Origin: Octopus sinensis
Taxonomy: Eukaryota
NCBI RefSeq assembly: GCF_006345805.1
Contig: NC_043001.1
Span: 25,234,001-25,298,000 of the forward strand
Direction of reading: 5' to 3'
DNA length: 64,000 nt
This document shows, piece by piece, positions 50,221 through 62,146 of this stretch. The notes below the pieces were generated by a model. The model saw nothing but the letters and a program-made list of their open reading frames with translations. It ran no database searches and was not told where the DNA came from. Made by a program: the position numbers and the translations under genes. The stretch's first letter is position 1. The number at the start of each line of letters is the position of its first letter.

Positions 50221-50630
50221 AAATCTTTTTGGTTTGAACGGCAGTTTTTCTAGCGGTGTCATATGAAATTGTCACCCATAATTATGACCCTAGAATCGAT
50301 CTATTGCATTTCAATCTCTTTTAGGGTTAGGGTTATTTAGGGGTGGGGGAAGGGTATCTTTTTTTTCTTCACAAATGTAAATAAACCCAATCTGTTTCTT
50401 AAACGGGGGACATATTCATATGGCACAGAATGCTTTTTAACTCAATAGACGTCACTGATTGGTTGAAATTGAAGAAAAAAAACAACAAATATCTTACAAA
50501 CTATAGAATTTTCTCAATAAGCCAAGAGAAAAAGATGTTTTATAAACACATTCTACCAGTATACGAAGTTTAAAATTTTTTAGTTACCTAGAAATTATGT
50601 TAAAAACTGCCATTCAAACCGAAAAGATCC
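50221..50630. mobile_element. Non-autonomous TIR DNA transposon with 8-bp TSD and internal TTAGGG repeats, inserted in an old SINE-A
   Basis: TIRs ATCTTTTTGGTTTGAACGGCAGTTTTT (50223) and AAAAACTGCCATTCAAACCGAAAAGAT (ends 50628); TSD CAGCAGTT at 50213-50220 and 50631-50638; TTAGGGTTAGGGTTATTTAGGG inside. Confidence 0.72.
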
Positions 50631-50890
50631 CAGCAGTTTGGCAAAAGAGACCAACAGAATATAATATCAGGCTTAAAAAAATGTACTGGGCTCAATTCAT
50701 GAATGGGGAAAAAAGTAGAGTGGAATGAAAAGTTTTATTATACATAAAAAAATGAGTGTTGTTGCATGTGATGGTCAGTAGGTTGGTGATATGTAAAAGG
50801 GAGAGAATGAGGAACAGAACATTGATGGGCATATGATAAATGCTGAAAGCACCTTGGACAAGTATCTCCAACAATACCTACCCATATATA

Positions 50891-52124
50891 CATTGGGTCG
50901 TCCCATAAATATTGCAGTTTTCTTATACTTCTTTTGTTTCTCAACACTAAGATAAACAAAGTTCTTTTTAATCTAAAATATACTCTCCTTAATTTTCTAC
51001 AATACTCTTCCATCTATCTAGATTCGCAAGGCTCCTCTTCCAAAATTCATTTGTCCTTGAAGAAAAATACTCCTCAAATACTGACCTCATCTACAGAATT
51101 CATGTTTTTTTCCATTCTAAATGATTTTGAAGACTGCAGAATAAATGATAATCAGATGGGGCAATGTCTGGCAGATGTGGTGGGTGGGGCATTGTTTTTT
51201 ATTTAAACTCTTCCAACCTTTGGAATGTCATCCTTGCTGTATGTGGCTGAGCATTATCCTGATGGAAGAACACCTTTTGTCTTGAAACCAAATATGGTTG
51301 TTTTTCTTCTAGAGCTGACTTAAGCCACTCAAGCTGCTCACAGTAAATCCCTTGTGTTATCATTTGGTTTGAGTTTAAAAATTCGAAGTGGACTAAACGT
51401 TTCATATCCCCACCAAACAGATAACATCACCTTACATAGGTGAAGACCTTGTTTAGCCAGGGTGCCTGTGTTTCTTCTTTCCCTACCCACTGTCTTTATA
51501 TAGAGAATCTATTTTTCATTACCAGTCACTATTCAGTCCAAAATAGATTCATTGGTGAGACGTGACAGCAAAGAAAAGTACACATTCACTCTCTGCACGT
51601 GATTAGACTCGGAAAGTTTATGAGGAACCTATTGACCCAATTTGCTGACTTTTTCAATGGTACACAGGTGTCAATGAATAGTTGAATGACCAAATCCAAG
51701 CTTTTCTGCTAGTTCCTCCACAGTTACAATAGGATTTTGTTCCACCAGGATTTGCAGGATTTCCTCTTCAAGCTAACAGGAAAAAGCTCATCTTCTAGGC
51801 TATAGTTTCCAGCTTGGAACTTCTGAAACCACCGTTGACACTAGCTTACGCATATTGTCCAATCCCCATATACTGCATTGATATTCCTCACACTTCCATT
51901 GCATTGCATGTGCCGAATACACTCCTTTGTTACTTCCATTATAGCTTTGAAAAAATAGCTGTTAAAATCGAACTGTACTCTCCAAAACTTGCACTAAGAA
52001 TAAACACAAAGTAAAATTATTACCTGCTTTTATAGTAAGCTGATGCAGGTAGTTTATCCTGTCCCCTGCTGACTTTTAGTTCATGCAATTGAAAAAACTT
52101 CATTATTTATGAGATGACCCAATA
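50891..52124 (-). mobile_element. Full-length decayed mariner transposon (both TIRs, TA TSD)
   Basis: TA|CATTGGGTCGTCCCATAAATATTGCAGTTTT ... AAAACTTCATTATTTATGAGATGACCCAATA|TA; the minus-strand transposase starts at ATG 51939 (MEVTKECIRH...RWFQKFQAGNYSLEDE) and includes HQDNAQPH; interrupted by stops and frameshifts. Confidence 0.9.
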
Positions 52125-52255
52125 TATATGTATAATTATATATATATTAATAATTAATGGTACTAACAGACAGTACCGGCATGCTGATATATCAGTCAAA
52201 ATGTTGAAACTACAAGTTTTCACTTAAATACGAAGGTGAAAGCAGGTTTCAATCA

Positions 52256-52296
<41 letters not shown>

Positions 52297-52299
<3 letters not shown>

Positions 52300-54105
52300 A
52301 TTCATTTCAGTCATGCAGCTGCGATCATGCTGGAGCACCACTGTGGTCGTTTTGATTTCCTCAGTCTGGGGTGTTTCACACCACCACTCCTGTATGTACC
52401 TTTGTCCCAGCTGTTGGCCTGTTTGGTACGTGAGGGAGTTTGACTCTGCTACCCTCTTCTACCCCATATTTCGGGCTGTTGATTCATCGAGAATTGTGGA
52501 GAGGAGGATGTCTAGTTCCTTTTTGAAGACATCTACTTCCACCTTATGCAGATTTCTTAATTTTTGTGGCAGGGTATTGAAGAGCTGTGGGTCTTTGAAT
52601 CCTAAACTATTGCAGTACCTGGTCCTGAATTTAAATGGAGTGTATGGTACCTTTGGCACTATACAATGCCGGCCAGTTCTGGCATTTGTATGAAACTCAG
52701 TGCCGGAATTAGGTACTAGCCCTTCTAAGATTTTCCATATGTATATTATTGCATATCTCTCATGCCTTCGCTTCAGGGAGTAAAGTTGCAGTTTTCTCAG
52801 CCTATCCCTGTAGCTCATCCGCTGCACTGTTGCAATCTTTTTAGTGTAGTAGTGTTGGACTACTTCAAGCTCCACTGTTAGTTTGGCACTATGTGGTGTC
52901 CATAAGTGGGAGCAGTAGTCCAGGCAGCTGAGAACAAAGGTTCTCCACAGGGTCAACATAGTTTCTTGGTCTCTTGTCTTGAAGGACCTCAGTATCTATC
53001 TTGCCAGTTGTCTGCACTTTGCTGCCATCTTGCTAATGTGCATATAAAATGATGCATCATTGCACATGCTGATCCCCAAGTCTTTCACTGCCTGTGACTC
53101 TGGCATTGTAGAGCCTTCAGGTCCTGTATATGTAGACTGTAGTGCATTCCTGAGTTGATAGTGCAGTGCTTGACATTTTCCAGCATTAAACTGCATGTTG
53201 TTTATTTTGGCCCACTTGTATATGAAATTCAGGTCCTGTTGTAAGCTTGCAATATCATCTTGATTTTTTTTTTATTGCCTGTGATAATTTTGTATCATCA
53301 GCATAGCTAATGACAGTGGTTGTCCGACTGACTCTGGGCATGTCTAAGAGGGCTATTATGAACAGTAATGGCCCCAGAACAGTTCCCTGGAGGACGCCAC
53401 TTAGGATATGAGTTTCCTCAGAAAGGGCACCATTGACTGCAACCACCAGACTTCTGTCTTTAAGGAAGTCATGCAGCCACTCTCCCAGTTTACCAGCAAT
53501 GCCAAGGTCTCATAGCTTATGATATATCATGCCATGATCTACTTTATCAAATGCCTTTGAGAGATCAAGGTATATCACGCTGACATCTGAATGGTCAAGC
53601 AGCAGTTTCAAAACCCAGTCATAGTACTGTAGGAGCTGTGTGAGGCAGCTTCTTTCTAGACAGAAGCCATTCTGTGTATTGTTCAGAAGCTCATTTTCTT
53701 CTAGGAACATTATCAACTTCTTTCTGATGATTCACTCCATGACTGTACTGATATTTAAAGTCAGAGAGATTGGCCTGTAATTTTTGGCCTCTGCTCTGCT
53801 TCCACCTTTGTGGATAGGACATGTAATGCCTTCTTTCAGCTTTTTAGGAAGTATACCACTTGCAAGGAAACTTTGGAAAAGTATCTAAAGTGGTTTCACA
53901 AAAGCCTGCTTACCTGACTTTAAGTGAATAGCTGGGAAGCCATCAGGACCAGTTGCGGAGCATGAGCTCATTTCATCTATAGCCACTGTTACCTCTGTTT
54001 TCTCAATGTTGATGAAATCAATGGCTGGCACCTCCTTTTTAGAGCTGCAATATCAAAGAATTCAGCCAGATTTTTTATCTGTAATGCTTATATGTGAAGA
54101 CACTT
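52297..54105 (-). mobile_element. CR1-like LINE, 5'-truncated, with RT domain
   Basis: Broken ORFs with QNGF...RSCLTQL, IYLDLSKAFDKVDH, SGVLQGTVLGPLLF, SYADDTK, MQFNAGKC, LDYCSHLW, LQLYSL.RRHER; the 3' end adjoins (TA)n. Confidence 0.92.
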
Positions 54106-54117
54106 TTAAATTATTCA

Positions 54118-54463
54118 CTGACTGGCCTCGACTGGCTTCCGTGCCAGTGGCACATAAAAAGCACCATCCGAACCGTGGCCGATGCCAGTGCCACTTCGAC
54201 TGGCCCCCGTGCCGGTGGCACGTAAAATGCACCAATCCGACCGTGGCCGTTGCCAGCCTCACCTGGCACCTGTGCAGGTGGCACGTAAAAAGCACCCACT
54301 ACACTCACGGAGTGGTTGGCGTTAGGAAGGGCATCCAGCTGTAGAAACATTGCCAGATACGACTGGAGCCTGGTGCAGCCTTCTGGCTTCCCAGATCCCC
54401 GGTTGAACCGTCCAACCCATGCTAGCATGGAGAACGGACGTTAAACGATGATGATGATGATGA
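54118..54463 (+). mobile_element. Family B RTE 3'-end repeat with three tandem hairpin units
   Basis: Units start at 54141, 54209 and 54272; ends ggacgttaaac(gat)n. Confidence 0.88.
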
Positions 54464-54962
54464 CTGAATATCTCACTTATCCAGTGAGTCATTCCTTTGA
54501 AACAATGGTCCTATTTTATATTGTATTGCAGCTGTTTCCTTTGCAAATTTATAGAAAGCTTTGGGATTTGTTTTTTAAGTTATCCACAGCTCTCTTCTCT
54601 CTCTCCCTTTCATGAGAGAGTTTGATCTTGTTTTCGATTTCTAGGAATGCCCACATTTAGATAGACTTCTCTCTATCCTTCAGTTGCCTATTCAGCTTTT
54701 GAGACCTTTGACCTGTGTTTCATGAGGATTTTTCTATCCCTGAGAATCTTGTTTGTCAGTATGCTGGCCTTTCTTTCTGGGATGTATTTAGTGCATATAG
54801 CTTGCACTGTTGACATAAACTGGCTGAGTTTCAAGTCAATGTCTTGCATACACAGAATATTGGATCAGTTATGTTTGTGGATCTCTTGGCAGATTGATTC
54901 CCATTTTGCCTTATGGAAATTCAGTTTGGATAAGGCTGGAGTCCTCCTGATAATATATCTTT

Positions 54963-55300
54963 TTCTTCTTTCAGTCATTAGACTATGGCTATGCTGGGGC
55001 ACCATCATGAATTTTGGTTGAACAAATCGACCCTAGTACTTATTATATTTTGTAAAGCCTGGTACTTATTCAATCGGTTACTTTTGCTGAACTGCTAAGT
55101 TACAAGGACGTAAAGACACACACACACACATATATACACAATGGGCTTTTTTCTGTTTTCATCTAACAAATCTGCTCACAAGACTTTGGTTGACTAGAGG
55201 GTGCAGTAGAAGACACTTGCTCAAAGTGCCACACAGTGAGACTCATCCTGGAACCATGTCGTTGGGAAGCAAGCTTCTTAGCATACAGCCATACCTGTAC
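54963..55300 (-). mobile_element. SINE-A, diverged
   Basis: Collinear with the SINE-A consensus. Confidence 0.78.
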
Positions 55301-56861
55301 ATATGTATATATACATACATACAGCCATGCCTGTGCCTATAAATATATATATGACAAATTTATCAAACACCTGTCATGACTTCTGTAAGTGTGCAGTTAT
55401 AGTGAAGTAATGTGACAGTGTGTATCCACATGAAAACCTTGTACACTTGAGGTAAATAGATATGCAGTATTGAAAATATTATATTAAGAGAAAATAATGA
55501 GAAAAAAACACGTTTTAGTAACTGTTTACCACATAACATTTACATATGGAGTTAATGAAGGAAATGATTTTCAAACTAATTACAGGTATAATCATGTATG
55601 TTTTATCTAAGAATTTCATCAATCCAGTGAGTGCAATATTTGGATAACATTTTGACCCTACTTATAATTCTTTCATATGTGTATGAATATATATATATAT
55701 ATAAATTAAATTCAGTATCGTGGGGTGGGGAGAGATACTCAGATACTTGATGCATGTGCTCACACATACACTCTCCTTCTACGTCTCTTTTCTTTTCTGT
55801 AACTTGTAGGTTGTTTCCCTTGAATTTATTTAACACTGTCTGCTTTTCTAATTTATTCTTCCAGTTTTATGTAGACTGTGTTGTTGCATCATGCTTAAAA
55901 TAGATCACCCTAATAAATGCCTGAAGGGAACTACTAGTTCTTAGAACAACAGTTTAGGAGTAGAGCTTAATGTTGTTAAGTTTTATTTCAGAAACAGACA
56001 GAATGGGTTGGTATCATTTGAGCAAAGCCTAATGAAATTATTTTATTTACTGAAGGTACCAAATTAAGAACTAGATAGTTGTAGATTTCATGACATTAGT
56101 ATCATTATCTTGATCAAAAAATAGATTTGTGTGTGTGTTTATTTTATGATAATGAGTATGTTTGTTTTTCATTATTGCTAGGTAACAGTTATCAATTTTG
56201 TTCAGCAGACATATGGCAGGAAAGTTGTTTTGGTGTTATCCCATGAAATCATCATATCCAATATGGTTTAGATTTTAAATCCTTTTTCTTTGACTTGATT
56301 ATTTTTCAACTGAAATTTAACTTTTAAGTCAAAATCCACAAGATATAAGTAATGGAAATATCAAACAGCTTGTCAATTATATCATGTTGAGTATTTTATT
56401 GAAGTGGGTATGGGACAATAAAATTAAGTACAATATGTAAAATCAATCATACAACTGATTTTATAATTAAACTGTGCTTAACTAATTAGCAGACATTACC
56501 TACAATTATACATGAATTAGTAACCAAATATTATTCAAATCTCACTCTACCAACTTGAAAACGAAATGAAGATTACATTGAATAATGCTATCCTAATTGT
56601 ATAGTACTTGTGATATTTGCAATATCTCTAAAAAAGATGGGATTATAATGGCTGTAGTGTCTTCAATCATAGTTCTATCTGCTGACCTGAGTTGAAACAA
56701 GAACAATTGCAATTTTGTTTACTTTTATAGGTTAAATTAGTAAATTACAAACCATCATGATATCTTGATACTCCTTGGAATTACATGATCTTCGTAACCC
56801 CATGTTTCCTGCATATGGAAAAAATTGGTTATTTATATTGTCTTATCGATCGATCAAAAAT

Positions 56862-57176
56862 CAACTGTGATACCAGTGCCAGTGGGACGTAAAAGAACCA
56901 TCCAAACATAGCCGTTGCCAGTGCCACCTCGACTGGCCTCCATGCCGGTGGCACGTAAAAAGCACCAACCAATCGTGGCCATTGCCAGCCTCGCCTGGCA
57001 CGTAAAAAGCACCCACTACACTCATGGAGTGGTTGGTGTTAGGAAGGGCATCCAGCTGTAGAAACACTGCCAGATCAGACTGGAGTCTGGTGCAGCCTCC
57101 TGGCTTCCCAGACCCCAATCAAACCGTCCAACCCATGCTAGCATGGAAAGCGGACGTTAAACGATGATGATGATGA
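56862..57176 (+). mobile_element. Family B RTE 3'-end repeat
   Basis: Family B consensus ending (GAT)n. Confidence 0.88.
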
Positions 57177-57716
57177 TTATAAATGGTTAACAAATTTCTT
57201 TCACCAAAATTAGAATCACAAGATCTAAAGCATGAACTTAATTGTTAGTTATGTCCAAATAAATAACATGGACAAGTTTTGTTTATAACTTCTGAAAGCA
57301 GACTTTATTTTTTTAATGGGTGCACCCCCCACACCCCCAGACACACTGCCTGACAGCAAATACAAAGATTACTTTTACCATCAAACAAATTCACTATGGA
57401 ATGTTCCAGTTTGACTAGTTAAGGAAGTTCAGCTACTGACAAATGTATGTTGCTAGATTAAATTTGATAACCAACATTATTTTGCTGGGGTTCACTCAAT
57501 GCATAACTTAAGACAAAAAATTAATATACACCATAGTTTCATGCTTGTTACTAAGAATAATCTCATTATAGGGCTACTTACAATATGAAATATTGCCAAA
57601 CTTGTTTTTGTTTTTGTTTCGTTTTTTTAAGTGATCTTATCAATTAATTGATTATCATTAAGCTATTGTAGGAAGTTCTCATTTATTGACTGTCATAATG
57701 TACAGATCTACTTATT

Positions 57717-58068
57717 ATCATCATCATCATCATCATCATTTAGCGTCCGCTTTCCATGCTAGCATGGGTTGGACGGTTCAACTGGGGTCTGTGAAGCCAG
57801 AAGGCTGCATCAGGCCCAGTCTGATCTGGCAGTGTTTCTATGGCCGGATGCCCTTCCTAATGCCAACCACTCCGTGAGTGTAGTGGGTGCTTTTGACGTG
57901 CCACCCACACAAGTGCCAGACGGAGCTGGCAAACGGCCACGGACAGATGGTGCTTTTTACGTGCCACCGGCACGGGGGCCAGGCGTGGCTGGCAACGGCC
58001 ACGATCGGATGGTGCTTTTTATGTGCCAACGGCACGGGGGCCAGGCGAGGCTGACAACGGCTTATTAC
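57717..58068 (-). mobile_element. Family B RTE 3'-end repeat; further minus-strand pieces at about 58330-58600 and 58873-58968
   Basis: Family B consensus starting (CAT)n on the + strand. Confidence 0.86.
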
Positions 58069-60454
58069 ATTTCTAAAATTCATAAATCTTCAATACCAAA
58101 TAATTATTATTTCAAATCAGATGATTTGAAGATAGAATTAGCATCCGTATTATGTGATAGACAACAAAGTGCTTTTTCAATTGAATTATTAATGTGTTGG
58201 AGAGGACTTTACTACTGCAGGGGCTTCACAATGGAAAGGCTATTTTTGTATGCTACATCAGTATTTAAATTATCATTGTTTTAAAACATGTTTTTGCATA
58301 CTTACACGGATTGTTTTTCACTCAAATGTTTTTCACATGCCACTGACACAAGTGCCAGTAAGGCGACGCTGGTAGCAGTCCCGTTTGAATGGTGCTTTTT
58401 ACATGCCACCGGCATGGAAACCAGTTAGCTGCTCTGGCAGTGATCACGCTTGGATGGTGCTCTTAGCGCTCCTTAGCACAGGTGCCAGTCATCGAATTTG
58501 CGATTTTGATTTGATTTCGATTTCACTTGCCTCAACAGGTCTTCACAAGCAGAGTTTAGTGTCCATTGAAGGAAAGGTATTCTTTACACAGAATGTTGGA
58601 GGTGAATGACACCACCTGTACGACAACATACATACATACATACACACTCATGTGTGTGTATTGCCCTCCTATTTATCAAAGGAGGCACAAGCACTTTCAC
58701 CCATATATGTACACACAACAGAACTTCTACCAAATTCACTCACAAGGCTTTGTTCAGCTTAATATCATAGTAGAAGACACCTGCCCAAATTTCTGTGCAG
58801 AAGAATTGAACCCCAAACTATGTGGTTTGGAAGTGAACTTCTTAACCACACAACCATAACTATATATATATAATCACCATCATTTAACATCTGCTTTCCA
58901 TGCTGGCATGGGTTGGACAGTTTGACTGGGGACTGGTGAGCCAGATGGCTGCACCAGGCTCCAATCTGATATATATAGATACACATATACAGTAGGCTTC
59001 TAACAGCTTCCCTCTACCAAATCTACTCACAACGCTCTGGTCAGCTCTCTTCAACTAATAATTAAAAATAGATAGGTCTTATCTCTGATACTTTCTTCTT
59101 CAATTACTAGCATTGAATCATTACTATTGAGTAAAGATTAAAAAAAATAATAATAATCTTAAGGTATATCTATTTTCATGAAGCTTTAATGATCCTTACA
59201 TCTGGCAGTCTTATTGATATGCAGACATATATACTAGTGTGAATGCTGTAAAGGGAACATGTTAATTTATAGAAGGTTAAGAAGATAGTTATTAAATTTT
59301 GGTGAGAAGAAATTTAACATTTTTCATATGAAATGTTATTTTGAAGTGAATGATATCGTGGAATTTGTCACATTTACCATGAATCTCATACTCTTCATTG
59401 AAATGGCTGAAATAACAGTTTTTAATGTTAAAGTTGTAGATTTGTATTAAATTGATAGAATCGGTAGAACATCAGACAAGTGCTTTTTGTTTTGTTTTTT
59501 GTTTTTTTTCAACAATGCTTGGACTTTTTCTCAAAAAAGAAAACTCCTCTGAGAAATTATTTCAACATTAGTAAAAAAATTCTGTATTGCAAATTAGTCA
59601 AGTTTTGTAAAAAGACAAAGAAAAATTCTTTAAAACTTTTTTTATTTTTAACTCTATTATTTCTGTTTATTTCCGCAAGAGGTATTGTCTATAATGAACA
59701 GGTTCAGTGAGCAAGTGTTCTTTGATATATTTTTTTTTTGTTTATTTTGCTTTGTTTTTTTGCACTCTTCACATGAAACAAGACAGTTTTATGTTATCAC
59801 AGATAGGTTATAAACCCTTTCTTGGGATATGATTGGTTGAATCATGGATGACAAATTTACTCCGCTGTACATCCATATATAGAGCTCAGTGTTTCTTCTG
59901 ATTTGATCATAGAACATAGAATGCATTATCAATTGATATTCAGATGTTACTAGCTGTAACCTTTTGTTTAAAGAAAAAAAATGATTACTGTTTCTCTTGG
60001 AAACGTTTTTCATTGGTTACACAAACATGCACACACATGCATACATGTACACACACACACATACTCAGTTATATATATATACATATGTAACATTCAATTG
60101 TAAAGCAGGATTATTATTGTCCAGTAGCACTTAAATCCCATGTCAGATATAGTTGTATAAATATTTGGTCAGGTATATTGCAGATACTATGGGTATTGTC
60201 CAAGGGGCCTTTAAAGCACTGTTACCATCATTCTTTTTGGCACCTCCAAAATCTGAAAATTAAAATTGAAAAAAATCAATGTTTTGGCAAACAAATTTGA
60301 AATCAGTAAAAACAAGTATATTTGGAAACTATATTGTTTTTTTTAAATTACATGGAAGGAAATTTTTACATTTTCTTTTTACTTGTTAAGGCCTTTTTTT
60401 AAGCCTCAAAGGAATGAATTAAAAAGAGCCAAAATTATGTACAAATATAAAGTA

Positions 60455-60638
60455 CTTTAGCATATCCAGCCCAAATATTCTAACTGTTTTATGGTGAAAC
60501 TGACCGGATCTGGCCTCTCACACCTATTTTACAATTTAATTCTAAAAATAAACAATCACATCTTCAAAATGTCAATGCTATGAGATAATGCATGATTAAT
60601 TCAAAACAATTTGACTGAATTATCTGAATGCTAATGGG
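60455..60638. mobile_element. Partial piggyBac-type MITE
   Basis: Right end GAATGCTAATGGG|TTAA; no clear left TIR. Confidence 0.45.
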
Positions 60639-61737
60639 TTAATTATATTTATATGATAAATGCTTATACAAGAATGATTTATTTGAAGAAAAATCTCATT
60701 TAAATACTTACCAACTTTTGGACAGTTATATGGGTCTGTTGTATAGTGTTTGACAACATCATCTATGAATGTCTGGCTATCATTCTTTTCTCCCTTTTGA
60801 ACACATATTTCAAGATGGTGTATAATGCATTTTGATAATTTAGTGAAGTTGCTGGAAAGTAGAAACAGTTTTAGAGAGTTTAGAAGATAAAATATGCTAT
60901 TTCTTACAAATTAATACAAAATTTGGAGAAATGTTGAATATTATGAAAACTGCTCAGCAGATTGTGTTTGCAAACCATTTCAACATTATCATTGGCTGGC
61001 TTATACTCTAGCTTTTATTGTATTGCATGTTTTTTTAATTAAATTTCTGATTCCCTTTTTAATGATTAATGTTCAAAAACCAAAATGGCTATTCTAATTG
61101 AATAGGAAGAGAATTCGTTTGTTTGTTTTTTTTTTCTGTATATTTTTCTTTTCTACATATCACCCAATGATATGTGACATAACCTCAAGAGATGTCTAAG
61201 GGGAAACTATAGAAAGACAAGACAAGAGAAAAGAAAAGTGTGACACAGGGAAAAGATAGAAAATATAGAGACAGGGGTTGTGAAAAGAGAGTAAGTAGAA
61301 AATGTAAGAGAATGTAAGTAGAAAATGGGATATAAAGAAGGGAGAGGTCCATACTGTGTAAGCCATTTTTCTTTTCACATGTACATTGTAAACATTGAGG
61401 AGCTAAAAGCAAGTTTTTAATTTGCAAATGCAATATGATACTGTAGGAAATTTTTAATATAATTTACATTAGAACATTTTTCATAGAAATTTTTAATGAA
61501 AGTACAGAATATTTTGACTGTTTTTTTATGAAAATTTCCATGAAATCTGCTTAATATGTTTCTAATTATATTCTTCTAGTAACATTGAAATGATGATACA
61601 AGGAGTGTTACTACATAATTGTAAAAGCTTAGTGTCATGCAATAATACAACATAACAGTAATTATTGCTAATATATTTCTGCCCAAACTTCAAACTACTC
61701 ATAATTGACATAATACATTAATTCCATACATTAATAT

Positions 61738-62146
61738 GGCGCAGGAGTGGCTGGGTGGTAAGTAGCTTGCTAACCAACCACATGGTTCCGGGTTCAGTCC
61801 CACTGCGTGGCATCTTGGGCAAGTGTCTTCTGCTATAGCCCCGGGCCGACCAATGCCTTGTGAGTGGATTTGGTAGACGGAAACTGAAAGAAGCCTGTCG
61901 TATATATGTATATATATATAAGTGTGTGTGTATATGTTTGTGTGTCTGTGTTTGTCCCCCCAGCATTGCTTGACAACCGATGCTGGTGTGTTTACGTCCC
62001 TGTCACTTAGCGGTTCGGCAAAAGAGACCGATAGAATAAGTACTGGGCTTACAAAGAATAAGTCCCGGGGTCGATTTGCTCGACTAAAGGTGGTGCTCCA
62101 GCATGGCTGCAGTCAAATGACTGAAACAAGTAAAAGAGTAAAGAGT
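61738..62146 (+). mobile_element. SINE-A, complete reference copy
   Basis: GGCGCAGGAGTGGCTGGGTGG (A-box), GGGTTCAGTCCC (B-box), TCTTGGGCAAGTG core-like motif, internal (TA)/(TG) tract, tail (AAAGAGT)n; TSD TAATAT at 61732-61737 and 62147-62152. Confidence 0.92.

Noticed and set aside
54240-54300. Resemblance of GCC-AGCCTC(A/G)CCT-GGC...GGCA-C-GTAA to an HDV-like ribozyme (RTE elements can carry these)
   Set aside because: I could not find P1 and P2 partner strands in the required nested-pseudoknot order, so it is kept only as a generic hairpin array.
4759-62146. tRNA-like A/B boxes in SINE-A, SINE-C and SINE-D heads as tRNA genes
   Set aside because: No complete cloverleaf; the heads run directly into SINE bodies present in many copies.
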